In this document: piece by piece, positions 48,014 to 58,035 of the stretch
How the letters are laid out: every line of letters begins with the position of its first letter
Numbering within the stretch: position 1 is the stretch's first letter
Virus record (IMG/VR): IMGVR_UViG_3300022555_000019
Source: an uncultured virus (IMG/VR IMGVR_UViG_3300022555_000019)
Taxonomy: Duplodnaviria; Heunggongvirae; Uroviricota; Caudoviricetes
Reading direction: 5' to 3' (one strand)
Length of the DNA: 64,000 bases
Notes under the pieces: model-generated
Told to the model about the DNA's origin: nothing
The model's database searches: none
Seen by the model: the letters and a program-made list of their open reading frames with translations, nothing else
Made by a program: the position numbers and the translations under genes

Positions 48014-49504
48014 TCATAAAAGGGCCAACAACAATTCAAGTTTTTTTTCTATATCCTTTTTATCATAATCAACATATGATAATCTGAATAATTTGATATT
48101 ATTTATTTTGCAATAATCGTTTTTCATCTCGTCCCGTCTTTGGACGTTTTCGAATGTTTCTTCACCACCCCACCCCTCTACTGATCTAAAATGTTGCTCA
48201 CCATCAAATTCTACACACAAATTTAATTTTGGTATATAGAAATCGAAAAAAAGTAAACCCTTATCCTTTAAATCTGGAAAACTTTTCTGATATTCATACT
48301 CTATGTTGTTATTTTTAAAAAATTCCATTATCAATCGTTCACCTTTGGATTCTTTACATTTAGGGCAACCTTGTTTATTGTTTAAATGATCCTTAGGTCT
48401 TTGAAAAAAACTTCCATGCTTAGAACATATCAATTCTACTTTTTTTGTCGCTTTTTTATAAACAACCTTACTATAATCATATAAATCACCATGAACATTT
48501 TTAGCTTTATTGATAAAATCTTCTTGAGTGTCAAACGCATTCTCTAATGCACATGTTGGGCACCCACGCCCTTTTATAATATGACCACCCCAATTAGTTG
48601 TAAATTCTCCATGCTTATGGCATATAACTTGAATATTATCATGCATACATTTATGATCAATAATTAATGAATAGTCATAGAAATTATTATGCTTTATACT
48701 GGCACGTATTTTTAAATTTTCTATATTTTCTCTTTTATTTTCTATATTTATAACATTTTTACATTTTGGGCAATCACAACCATATGTATGACCACTGTTA
48801 TTAAATTTCATTGGATTATCAACTCCATATCTGCTTAAATTTGTTTCTTTATATTTTTCTCTATTATTATAATTTTTATCATTATATTTATATTCTTTTG
48901 TATTAGATATTTTTTCTTTAACTGAATCTGATTGAAGAGGAGTTTTAAAACCATATCTATCAATACACGTTTGCTCAACTTGGGTTTTTATATCTTTGTT
49001 TTTTAATGGTGAATCTACTCCGTATTTTGATATTAATGTTTCTTTAGATTTATTCTTAAAACTATTAGTTTTCATAAAATAATCTTCACCATAACGTTCT
49101 TTGCAAGTTTTCTTTTGTTTTTCTTTTACTGTATAATTTTGTGAGGCATACGGTACACCATATCTTTCTATATTAGTTAGCACACTTTTATTTTTTATTT
49201 TATTTGACTGTAATGGGGCTTCAACACCATATTTCTTAATATTTGTTTTCTTTGCCCTAATATTACAGCATTTTTTACAATAATAATTACCATTTTTTAT
49301 ATTCTTATAATAATTAGAATAATTTATTTCACAATTAGAATTGCAATTATCACAACTAACTTTAACTTTTTGTTTAGAATGAATTGGTAATTGCTCAACT
49401 CTAATTTTTATTTGATCACCAGCATTGATATCAAATCCTAATTTCTTATAATACCCAATATTCTTGATTGTTGTTTTTATGTCTAATTCAGTTGTAATAA
49501 TCAT
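48014..49504 (-). CDS. free-standing homing endonuclease (YGV repeats, zinc-finger repeats, PD-(D/E)xK C-terminus)
   Basis: Repeats of (K/R)YGVxxP, ICxKHGxF...GCPxC twice, FDFYIPKLNLCVEFDGEQHF. Confidence 0.8.
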   Translation of the reverse strand: MIITTELDIKTTIKNIGYYKKLGFDINAGDQIKIRVEQLPIHSKQKVKVSCDNCNSNCEINYSNYYKNIKNGNYYCKKCCNIRAKKTNIKKYGVEAPLQSNKIKNKSVLTNIERYGVPYASQNYTVKEKQKKTCKERYGEDYFMKTNSFKNKSKETLISKYGVDSPLKNKDIKTQVEQTCIDRYGFKTPLQSDSVKEKISNTKEYKYNDKNYNNREKYKETNLSRYGVDNPMKFNNSGHTYGCDCPKCKNVINIENKRENIENLKIRASIKHNNFYDYSLIIDHKCMHDNIQVICHKHGEFTTNWGGHIIKGRGCPTCALENAFDTQEDFINKAKNVHGDLYDYSKVVYKKATKKVELICSKHGSFFQRPKDHLNNKQGCPKCKESKGERLIMEFFKNNNIEYEYQKSFPDLKDKGLLFFDFYIPKLNLCVEFDGEQHFRSVEGWGGEETFENVQRRDEMKNDYCKINNIKLFRLSYVDYDKKDIEKKLELLLALL

Positions 49505-49588
49505 AGCAAAATTTTTATTTATATATTATAAATTTCATATAAAGTTTAATTTTATTCCATAGCCTAAAGCATTATCTTGATGTGTTAT

Positions 49589-49624
49589 AAAAAAAAAAGG
49601 TTGGAAAAATTTCCAACCTTTTTT
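49589..49624 (-). terminator. intrinsic terminator after the capsid gene
   Basis: A-run-GGTTGGAAA..TTTCCAACC-T-run. Confidence 0.85.
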
Positions 49625-49641
49625 GTATCGGCAAGCACTGA

Positions 49642-51462
49642 TTAGATCAATACACCGTTGTTATCAGTAACCTTAATGGTCATGAACTGTTTCCATGGGA
49701 AGAACCCAATGTCAGCAATTGCATAACGACTACGAATTAACATGCGTGGGGCCCAGGTAGCTTCTGAGATAAGAGAGATTGATTGAGCCATAAGGTAAGG
49801 AATGAAAACCAAACCAGGTTGTTCAATCGAGTTCTTTCTTCCAAGGAAGATTCTGTTGTCATCCCATCTCTGGTAAGGGTCAACATAGATTGTGATGTTG
49901 CCGATATTTCCCATTGGGAATAACTGACCGTTAGCGTTTAAGTTAACGTTTTTAACAGGGTTAATGGTGTAACCAGCAACATCCTGAATAACGGATGCTA
50001 AGTTACCATTGGTAATAAGATACTGGGCAGGGCCAACACGACCTTCAGTAGCAATAAAGTTACTGGCGTTGTTGATCTTGGCAATAAGCTTACGCTGGAT
50101 TGAGTGAGTTGTCTCACCTCCAGGTGTTGGAGCAGCAATTCTAAGATAAGAATCAACGTCAAAGTCAAACTTTGGTGTTCCATCTGTATTCTTAGGAGTT
50201 GTCCATGCACCCCTGTTCTGATCGCAAAGTTCTTCAACTTTATCAACGATCTGTTTTGAAATAGTCTGTGTCAACTCGTTTACAAGAACTGACTCAAGTT
50301 TCTGGACAATGTCCATCCCTGTTGCAGCCTTGATGTCCTCAATTTGAGTACGTTTCAATGCTGAACTGATTTCGATTGAACCAACCTGAATAGTTTTTGT
50401 GAAAATGTCGGGTCCGATAACACCTGGGTAGGTCTTTTCTTCAACGTCACGAGTCTGTGGGGTGTTCATATACCAAGCGGCTGAGAAACCAGGAATGTGG
50501 TCTTCCATCAAGGAAACCAATTCAATAGTTAAGCCAGTCAAAGGTACATTAGTTACGGTACTACCTGAAGCAACCTGTACTGAAGGACCAGACATCAACA
50601 ATTCGAAAATTGAATAGTTTACGCCACCAGTGTAAGTTCCTGTTGGGAAGGTATTTCTGTCATTCACAAAGTTCCAACCTTGGTTGTTAGCAGTTGTGTT
50701 AAACTGACGGAAGATTCTAAACATTGGGTAGCCATTGATACGTGACCATCCTAAGAATTCCATCCAGCCTTCTTTAGCCTGTGTTCCACCAGCAGTTGCC
50801 ATTGTTGAATCAAAATTCTTGATATCAGCATAAGCAAGTGGCTGTCCACCTAATGCATAATAAACAGCAGCAGTAGCAATAGTTCCACCTGAAAGGTGAA
50901 CATAGATTCTGTCAGTCAATCCACCAACTTTTTCCCTTACAGGCTCTAAGTTAGCATCAAGTTTTTCAGCCATTGCACCTTTTAAAGCAGCATTTAAAGC
51001 AGCCTTAACGCTTGCGTTAGCGATATTAAGACCGAACATAATTGGTCTTTCGTCTTTTGATGTAACATCAGATACGTTATCATATTTGAAATCTACGAAT
51101 AACATATCAACCTTTGGTGAAGAAGAAGGCTTAACAGCTACTAAATCAAGACCGATGGTCTGAGCTGCGATTTTCATTGATACTGGAAGAAGATTCTGTC
51201 CGATATCGCCTGATCCGATGCCACCAGCACCTGAGCCATAGTCACCCCATACTAAACCAGGAGTTGCTGAAGGCTGAGCTGCAACAACAGGACCCATACC
51301 GTTCATTGTACCTAACGTGGTATAAGCCACATTTTCGTTCAAAGAGTGCATTTCAGCATATTCGCTCATCCATTCTCTCTTATAGGGGTCGGTAACACCC
51401 AAGGAGTCCATTACTGGAGCCCACTTTTTATTAGCTTTTTGTTTGTCTACAATTAGATTCAT
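49642..51462 (-). CDS. major capsid protein (T4 gp23-like)
   Basis: KKWAPV, AAQTIGLDLVAVKP, VYVDPY-like IYVDPY, FIPY, PRMLIRSRYA; position after protease and portal. Confidence 0.92.
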   Translation of the reverse strand: MNLIVDKQKANKKWAPVMDSLGVTDPYKREWMSEYAEMHSLNENVAYTTLGTMNGMGPVVAAQPSATPGLVWGDYGSGAGGIGSGDIGQNLLPVSMKIAAQTIGLDLVAVKPSSSPKVDMLFVDFKYDNVSDVTSKDERPIMFGLNIANASVKAALNAALKGAMAEKLDANLEPVREKVGGLTDRIYVHLSGGTIATAAVYYALGGQPLAYADIKNFDSTMATAGGTQAKEGWMEFLGWSRINGYPMFRIFRQFNTTANNQGWNFVNDRNTFPTGTYTGGVNYSIFELLMSGPSVQVASGSTVTNVPLTGLTIELVSLMEDHIPGFSAAWYMNTPQTRDVEEKTYPGVIGPDIFTKTIQVGSIEISSALKRTQIEDIKAATGMDIVQKLESVLVNELTQTISKQIVDKVEELCDQNRGAWTTPKNTDGTPKFDFDVDSYLRIAAPTPGGETTHSIQRKLIAKINNASNFIATEGRVGPAQYLITNGNLASVIQDVAGYTINPVKNVNLNANGQLFPMGNIGNITIYVDPYQRWDDNRIFLGRKNSIEQPGLVFIPYLMAQSISLISEATWAPRMLIRSRYAIADIGFFPWKQFMTIKVTDNNGVLI

Positions 51463-51513
51463 TTTTATTTTTTATTTTTTAGACCTTGCGTGTCTTGTAT
51501 TTTTTAGTATTCT

Positions 51514-51550
51514 TATATATTCATCAAAAAATGTCAATTTTTTCCATTTT
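51514..51550 (-). promoter_or_regulatory. extended AATATATA late promoter candidate
   Basis: Sense strand AAAATGGAAAAAATTGACATTTTTTGATGAATATATA. Confidence 0.6.
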
Positions 51551-53928
51551 TATGATTTCAATTTTTCGAACACTGATTTGAAACGATCAAGCTCATTTTC
51601 AGATAGTTTGTTCTCATTAACGATCTTGGTTTCGGTCAATAATTTTTTTGTAGGTTTTTCGTTTGCATACCTTGATAAATCTCTGGTGTTCCAGAAACTT
51701 TCAAACTTTTGTGGGCTATCGAGGTTAGGAATTAACCTTGCTTGGCTTAAAATTGTCTGTTGGAATCTTGGATCAACTTTCTCCCATACTGGAAGTAAGT
51801 CCGAAGGCATAGCTTCGATTAAGATTTCATTGAATGATTTTCTCTTTGATGAGAGGGCTTCGCTCATGATAGCTAAAACCTGAGGTTCATTGGTGTATTT
51901 ACCTTCGCTTTCTTTTAATGCGATTTTCACCTTTGTCTTATCCTCTTCGGTTAAGTTAAAATAGGCTGCTTTTCTCTTCTCGGACAAAAACATTAAGAAG
52001 TTTGGTTGATCGTCATCTGAAGCTTTTCTTTTTTTAGTTTCTAAGATCAATCTGTTTATATTCTTTGTAAGAGATTTCTGTGATTCGAACAACTTGTCAC
52101 CTAATTTGGTAACTTTCGATTCCTGAACTTCAACAGGTTCTTCCTGTCCGTCAAGCTGGATTACTAATAATCCGCTCTGTGGGTTTACAGCAAGAACTTC
52201 ACCAGTCTGATCACCTACAGCGACTGTGTCGCCAGGTGTGTAATCCACAATCGCTTCGTCACCATCGCCAAGTTCGGCTTGTGGGTCTTCGGTTGGGAGT
52301 TCGTCTGGGGTTTCGGTTGGGAGTTCATCCTGTGCTTGAGGTACGTCAGATTGTGCCTGTGGGCTTTCTACTGGTTGTGCACCATCAACTGGTTGATCAA
52401 CTGTTGCTGGAGCTTCGGTTGGCTGAGCTGAAAGTTCATCTTCAACATCTTCGTAATACTTGTCAACATTGATAGCTTTCATATCATTAGGAGTAATGAA
52501 ATAAAATCCTTCGTTAACTTTACCCTGCTTAAGTTGTTCGGTAAGTTGCTTACTTTTTTCAATTGTTTTGTCAAGGCTTTCGGCAATATAATTGGTATAT
52601 GCCATAGCGTCATCCAAATGTTCAGCAATATATTCTGAATAGGAAATGTTATTATCTACATGCTCAGCAATATATTCTGAATAAGCAATTGTATTGTCGA
52701 GATTCTCGGCAATGTACTCTGAGTAAACAATTGAATTGTCAAGATTTTCGGCAATATATTCTGAATAGGCAATTGAATTGTCAAGATTTTCAGCCAAATA
52801 TTCTGAATAGGCAATTGAATTGTCAAGATTTTCAGCAACATATTCTGAATAATCGATAGACTTGTCAAGATTTTCAGCTAAATATTCTGAATATTTGATA
52901 TTTTTATCAACATGTTCAGCAATATATTCTGAAAAATCAATGTTCTTATCCAAAGTTTCTGCTATGTACTTGCTATAATCAATAGATTTATCAAGACTTT
53001 CAGCAATGTATTCTGAATAATTGATAGCTTTTTCAAGATTTTCAGCTAAATAATCATTGTGGTTGATCAAATCGGTTGTAGTTTTCTTCAACTCGATGTT
53101 TTCATTTACAACAATCTGGAGCTTTTCAGCCAAATAATCCAAATATTTGGTCATTTTTGTTTGAGATTCTTGTAATTTCTCGTAATACTCAAGTGCGGCT
53201 TCTAATCTGGATGGATCGAAATCTTTTTTGTTTTCAATAAGTTTATTGATTTCGCCTTTAAACTTCTCGATCTCCTCTGTTAGATAATTCGAATACTCAA
53301 GCATCTGTTTCTTTGTTACGGTTTCTTGGTTGTTCATTTCGAATAATTCATTAATTTTTGACTCTTCGGACAAATCGTAAATCCTAAAGTTGGCATTTTC
53401 GTTAAAACCTAAACTTTCGTTTATAGATTTTACTTCCATCCGTGCAGAGGAAAATCCTGGGTCTGCAACCGCATCGTAAGTAAATAGTTTTTTAACTGTC
53501 ACTGTACCATCAGACTCGGTAATGCCAGCCGCTCTTGATGATACGAAAATAGGACAGCCGTCATTGACAAGAGCTCTCGCCTCCTTGCCCCAATGAGTTG
53601 ACAACAACCGAATTTCACCACTTACTATATTTTTGTCTTTAATAAAAGTGGCACTTTCAATTGTATGTGAAACCCTTGATAATGAAGTATCAAAAACGTC
53701 AGGATGGTCAAATTCTCCATAGATTACGCCCAATTGTGCTTTTCTTTTAAGTAAATCATTTAAATGTGGCATGAACTTTTCAGCAGTGTAAACCCTGTTG
53801 TTTCTGTTTTCAACGTTGAATTCTGTGAATGTTCCACCTAAGATATACTCGCCAGATTTTTTGGCTTCCTCGTTTAGAGTTCTCAAACCGTCCGTACAAT
53901 TTTCAACAATAAGGACTGGTTTTTTCAT
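51550..53928 (-). CDS. prohead protease (gp21-like) fused to scaffold/core domain
   Basis: NRNNRVY, GEFDHP, VSH, VSSRAAG, YDAVADPGF, then 14-aa repeats and an acidic linker. Confidence 0.9.
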   Translation of the reverse strand: MKKPVLIVENCTDGLRTLNEEAKKSGEYILGGTFTEFNVENRNNRVYTAEKFMPHLNDLLKRKAQLGVIYGEFDHPDVFDTSLSRVSHTIESATFIKDKNIVSGEIRLLSTHWGKEARALVNDGCPIFVSSRAAGITESDGTVTVKKLFTYDAVADPGFSSARMEVKSINESLGFNENANFRIYDLSEESKINELFEMNNQETVTKKQMLEYSNYLTEEIEKFKGEINKLIENKKDFDPSRLEAALEYYEKLQESQTKMTKYLDYLAEKLQIVVNENIELKKTTTDLINHNDYLAENLEKAINYSEYIAESLDKSIDYSKYIAETLDKNIDFSEYIAEHVDKNIKYSEYLAENLDKSIDYSEYVAENLDNSIAYSEYLAENLDNSIAYSEYIAENLDNSIVYSEYIAENLDNTIAYSEYIAEHVDNNISYSEYIAEHLDDAMAYTNYIAESLDKTIEKSKQLTEQLKQGKVNEGFYFITPNDMKAINVDKYYEDVEDELSAQPTEAPATVDQPVDGAQPVESPQAQSDVPQAQDELPTETPDELPTEDPQAELGDGDEAIVDYTPGDTVAVGDQTGEVLAVNPQSGLLVIQLDGQEEPVEVQESKVTKLGDKLFESQKSLTKNINRLILETKKRKASDDDQPNFLMFLSEKRKAAYFNLTEEDKTKVKIALKESEGKYTNEPQVLAIMSEALSSKRKSFNEILIEAMPSDLLPVWEKVDPRFQQTILSQARLIPNLDSPQKFESFWNTRDLSRYANEKPTKKLLTETKIVNENKLSENELDRFKSVFEKLKS
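52561..53064 (-). repeat. 12 tandem 42-bp coding repeats (xYSEYIAExLDxxI)
   Basis: Direct reading of protein and DNA. Confidence 0.9.
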
Positions 53929-54007
53929 ACTTTTTTAGGTTTTTTGTTTTTATATATTATCATAAAAAAGTGACTTTTTTCTATTTTTGAGATACTGTGA
54001 TAGTTAC

Positions 54008-54047
54008 AAAAAAAAGAGCCATCAGTACACACTGATGGCTCTTTTTT
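54008..54047. terminator. intrinsic terminator
   Basis: A8-GAGCCATCAGT-ACAC-ACTGATGGCTC-T6. Confidence 0.9.
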
Positions 54048-54064
54048 AAAACCGACAAAAAATA

Positions 54065-54481
54065 TCAAAGTATATTTATGAATTCATCGTCTGATTTATT
54101 TTTTTGGTTATCGACAATTTTTATTTTTTTGTCACTAACCTTAACCCTTTTATTTTTCTTTTCTTTATCTATAAGTTCCAATGGAGTGGTGGATGTAATA
54201 TCATTTAACATTTCCAATTTTTCCGATTCAATAACTTTTTCTGTGATTAGCTCAGGGATTTTTTCAGGAACATTTTCAATTTCAACTTTTTTATGTTTTT
54301 TAATTTTACGTGGTTCATCTACCACAAAACAATCAGCATTTTCTGGAATTTTCAATTGAGTTTTCTCACCTTTCATGATGATCTCATAACAATTGTTTTT
54401 AACGCCAAGAAACTCTTCAACTTCATTTACATCAATTCCATTATACTGTAAAATTGATACTACTCTTCTGTCTAAACTCAT
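54065..54481 (-). CDS. hypothetical protein
   Basis: 138 aa between portal and protease. Confidence 0.7.
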   Translation of the reverse strand: MSLDRRVVSILQYNGIDVNEVEEFLGVKNNCYEIIMKGEKTQLKIPENADCFVVDEPRKIKKHKKVEIENVPEKIPELITEKVIESEKLEMLNDITSTTPLELIDKEKKNKRVKVSDKKIKIVDNQKNKSDDEFINIL

Positions 54482-54496
54482 ATATTTTATTATTTT

Positions 54497-56269
54497 TTAG
54501 AATTGTGGTGCTGGTTCACCCTGTGAGCCTTGGCTAATTCCGCCTCCACCACCTTGTGCTTGATTACCCCCACCTGTTGGTGCCTGTGCACCGCCACCTT
54601 GTGCTCCCTGACCTTGTGCTGGCGGTGGAGCACCTTGTGCACCTCCGCCACCTAAGCCCATATCACCTCCGCCCATATCTGCTGGTGGGGCACCACCGCC
54701 AGCAGGGGCACCACCACCACCAGATCCTGGCCCTGCGGCACCTGACATCATCTTATACTTATTGTTTTCTTCGATATCTTTATCAGTAAACTTCATAATG
54801 TTTCTTACAATCCACTCAATACTTAAATACGCCATTCCATTATGATCCTGAAGATTATTTGATAATGTTGATGCAATGTCTGATCTTTTGGCTAAGTTGT
54901 TCAAAAATTTCCACTCTTCAAACAAATTATTTGAATTGAATTCAAGTTTTAAATAACTATCGAAAACTTTATCATCCTGAAGTTCTGGAAAATCCAAAAC
55001 CATCTGTGTTTTCAAAGGCTTAATTATAATTTCTTTGAACATAGTTCTAAGCCTTGAAACAAAATTCTTGAACCTAACTTCATCCATAGTTATAGATGCA
55101 GTGTCATCTACAAAATTACCACCACCAGTTTCTTCATCAAGTCGTCCAAATGGTAATTTAGATGCCCTCTTGAGTGCTCTATAGAACCAGTTCAAAACCT
55201 GATCTTCATTTAAATCTGCTTGCTGTGGTTGAATAATATCCATTTCAGGTGTTCCCTGATCGGATGTTGGGAACCAATAATCTTTACTGTGTGGAATTTT
55301 AGTTGAACCATTTATATATGGTATGCCCAATTTGTCATCCCACTCAACATCTTCGTGGTATTCTGACATTAATTGCAAAATCTGCTGTTCTGCTTGCTGA
55401 CGAGTTAACCCCCCAACAGGAATAACAAACTTCTTATAAATTGATGCTTGGTTTATATTATACATTAACTTAGTATATTCAAGGAGTTTTAATTGGTTGT
55501 AAGGTTTAATTAAACCTTCGACATAACTGGTTTCATCATAATCCAAGTTGTTACTGTATGATATGTAAATGATACTTGCATCCAATAAGACCCGCCTTAA
55601 TTGTGGGATGTCTGGGTTTTGAATCCAAATAACGGTGGCTGTTCCTGGTTCGGTTGCTACAACAAGTGTTAATGGGTCTAACAAGTTAAGATCGATAACT
55701 TCCTTCTGCTTATCGTCATAAACTACTTCGAAAGCTAAAAACCCATCAACCAAGAATGATTTCATATAATTCCAAGCTGTAATACCATCATTAAATCCAA
55801 AATTGTTGTAAATCTTACGGAAATTTTCATGGAATTTTGTTCTAATCACCTGATCATAAATTTCTGGTAAATCCTGAATTTTGCAGAAATAATTATTATC
55901 ATCAAAAATTATTGTTTCATCTGCAACTCTAATTAAGTAATCTTTTATTTCTTCTTTAATAGCGTACTGATGTAAAATTTTTCTTTTATCTAAGTACCTA
56001 CGATCAAGGTATGCGATTGATTTTTTTTCTAATATTTTTGAAATAACCTTTTTTGTAAAAAGATCATACATGTTGGTTCCTGGTTCGTACATTAAATTGC
56101 TTGTATCCTGAAAAGCTCCGATAGCTTGACTATTTTTTACAACCATACTTTGATAATCCTGACCAAAATTTGAAAGTCGTCTTAATAATTTATTTGAGAA
56201 ACTTTTGTTGGTACCTCTACCGAATTCATACATGGAATTTGGCTGATTAAATCTATTATAGGTAGGCAT
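54497..56269 (-). CDS. portal protein (T4 gp20-like)
   Basis: FLVDG, IKPYNQLKLLE, KDYWFP, FYRALKRASKLPFGRL, ITMDEVRFKNFVSRLR; Gly-rich tail. Confidence 0.92.
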   Translation of the reverse strand: MPTYNRFNQPNSMYEFGRGTNKSFSNKLLRRLSNFGQDYQSMVVKNSQAIGAFQDTSNLMYEPGTNMYDLFTKKVISKILEKKSIAYLDRRYLDKRKILHQYAIKEEIKDYLIRVADETIIFDDNNYFCKIQDLPEIYDQVIRTKFHENFRKIYNNFGFNDGITAWNYMKSFLVDGFLAFEVVYDDKQKEVIDLNLLDPLTLVVATEPGTATVIWIQNPDIPQLRRVLLDASIIYISYSNNLDYDETSYVEGLIKPYNQLKLLEYTKLMYNINQASIYKKFVIPVGGLTRQQAEQQILQLMSEYHEDVEWDDKLGIPYINGSTKIPHSKDYWFPTSDQGTPEMDIIQPQQADLNEDQVLNWFYRALKRASKLPFGRLDEETGGGNFVDDTASITMDEVRFKNFVSRLRTMFKEIIIKPLKTQMVLDFPELQDDKVFDSYLKLEFNSNNLFEEWKFLNNLAKRSDIASTLSNNLQDHNGMAYLSIEWIVRNIMKFTDKDIEENNKYKMMSGAAGPGSGGGGAPAGGGAPPADMGGGDMGLGGGGAQGAPPPAQGQGAQGGGAQAPTGGGNQAQGGGGGISQGSQGEPAPQF

Positions 56270-56315
56270 AATTAACTATTATTTTTTGCTTATATATTAA
56301 AAATGGCTGTTCCTC

Positions 56316-57032
56316 TCACTTATAGAGTTTTAGGTTGTCTTCAAAATTGCGGAGTGCCTTATGAAATTTCTCAATATCTTGCTCATATAATTGAGCCAAT
56401 TCTTCATATTTTTCGATTTTTTTCATCAGATCAAGCTTGATTTTTTGATCTTCAGTGTGCATCAAAGTGTCAAGCATCATCTTTCTATTAATATAAAATG
56501 TATCAATAAACACAAATCTGTGTAATATCGTTGTTGATATCACATAAATCTTTTCTATTTTAAGTACATCATAAGCTGTAATGCAATATTCCTTTTTAGC
56601 ATTACGTTTTAAAAAACTATATGTATTTTCAAATGTGATATTTTTTATTGGTTGTTCACTCATAGCATCCTTACCAGCAAATTGAACATTTGCATTAAAA
56701 TTGGCAGTACTATCATCTAATAAATTATCGATTAATATTACTTTATATTCAGTTGGTAAATAATCAAAATTTATAGCAAATAATATATTCTTATTTTGAT
56801 AAATTCTGAAATCTATCGTAAATATTGGGCACCAAATTTTATTACCATTATAATTGTATCTTATAATGTAAAATTTACCCTTAAGAAGCTTTTGTATAAT
56901 AGTTGGTTTTACTTGCGGGGATGGATTCTTAAAGCAACGGGAAAACATTTCTATTGTAGAATCATCACGAATCTTTTTGATATCTTTACCATATTGCCCG
57001 TATAGAGCTCGTACATCTTCTTTGAATGACAT
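56316..57032 (-). CDS. putative DNA end protector (gp2-like)
   Basis: FAINFDYLP resembles gp2 NLHYLP; adjacent to gp4-like gene. Confidence 0.5.
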   Translation of the reverse strand: MSFKEDVRALYGQYGKDIKKIRDDSTIEMFSRCFKNPSPQVKPTIIQKLLKGKFYIIRYNYNGNKIWCPIFTIDFRIYQNKNILFAINFDYLPTEYKVILIDNLLDDSTANFNANVQFAGKDAMSEQPIKNITFENTYSFLKRNAKKEYCITAYDVLKIEKIYVISTTILHRFVFIDTFYINRKMMLDTLMHTEDQKIKLDLMKKIEKYEELAQLYEQDIEKFHKALRNFEDNLKLYK

Positions 57033-57042
57033 ACATTATATA

Positions 57043-57558
57043 TTAACGGATCAAACCCTTTTCCCGTAAAAAATCATCAGTTATAATCAAAAATTTTAAC
57101 TGCCGTCTTTCACACCATTCTTTGGCATATGCCCATTTATGAAGGTTTTTCTTGAATGTTCTAAGTGAATATTCATAATTTTCGAGCATTTTTAACGTCT
57201 GACCCTTTGGTTTTTTAGGTAGTGATAACTCAGCCACTGGCTTTATTTCAACTACAAGTCTATCGTATTTTTCCTTATTCCCAGCAGTTATCATTTCTAT
57301 GTAATAATCTGGATAATAACGATGCACTTCTACTTGACCAATATCATTTGTAATTTGATATGGAATTGCGATATTCTCAGCACTCCATTTAATAATACTT
57401 TCATTTGAATCGCAAAATTTGTTAAATGCCAGTTCCCAAGAACTCCTATAAACAATTTTAGTTGGATCACCAAGATATTTATTAGGATTCATAAGTATAT
57501 AATACCCCTGGCGATATTTTCCCTTGCTATTCCCTATGTTTGACCTGTTGTAACTCAT
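57043..57558 (-). CDS. head completion nuclease (T4 gp4, TnsA-like)
   Basis: NPNKYLGD, YRSSWE, KWSAE, HRYYPDY, VEIKP, KWAYA. Confidence 0.9.
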   Translation of the reverse strand: MSYNRSNIGNSKGKYRQGYYILMNPNKYLGDPTKIVYRSSWELAFNKFCDSNESIIKWSAENIAIPYQITNDIGQVEVHRYYPDYYIEMITAGNKEKYDRLVVEIKPVAELSLPKKPKGQTLKMLENYEYSLRTFKKNLHKWAYAKEWCERRQLKFLIITDDFLREKGLIR

Positions 57559-57695
57559 TCAAAAAAATTATATCTGATAGTTTATCCAATTTTTCTTTTC
57601 GCAATTTATTTTCATGCTTATTTTCAAATTGCTCATTTAACAGGCGGGACATATAAATTTCCCTTGCTTTTTCAATTTTAATAGTGTCCATATCC

Positions 57696-57989
57696 TTATC
57701 TTTTTTTCCTGAGATGATTGATTAAATCTGGATTTGGAGGGTCCTGAATATTTTGATAATTATTATTTACTTCAATGTAATTACCCCCATTCTTCTTAGC
57801 CACATCATATAAACTATTAAAGCCTTTATAAGCATTACTCTTAATATCTTGAAATTGAATATCTCGTACCAACATTATGAAACTTTTATCATCATAAATA
57901 TTTGATGGTAGATTGATTGGGTTGGGGGTAGAATCAACATATCCTTCCCAACGAAATTTTGCATACGGGTTTCCGCCTCTTCTTGTCAT
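57696..57989 (-). CDS. hypothetical protein
   Basis: 97 aa; TATATA motif upstream. Confidence 0.55.
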   Translation of the reverse strand: MTRRGGNPYAKFRWEGYVDSTPNPINLPSNIYDDKSFIMLVRDIQFQDIKSNAYKGFNSLYDVAKKNGGNYIEVNNNYQNIQDPPNPDLINHLRKKR

Positions 57990-58035
57990 GTTGGTATATA
58001 TATAATTTTCTATGTCGAATTTTATATATACAAAT

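Noticed and set aside
52561..53064. CRISPR array
   Set aside because: Degenerate in-frame 42-bp coding repeats with no unique spacers and no cas genes.
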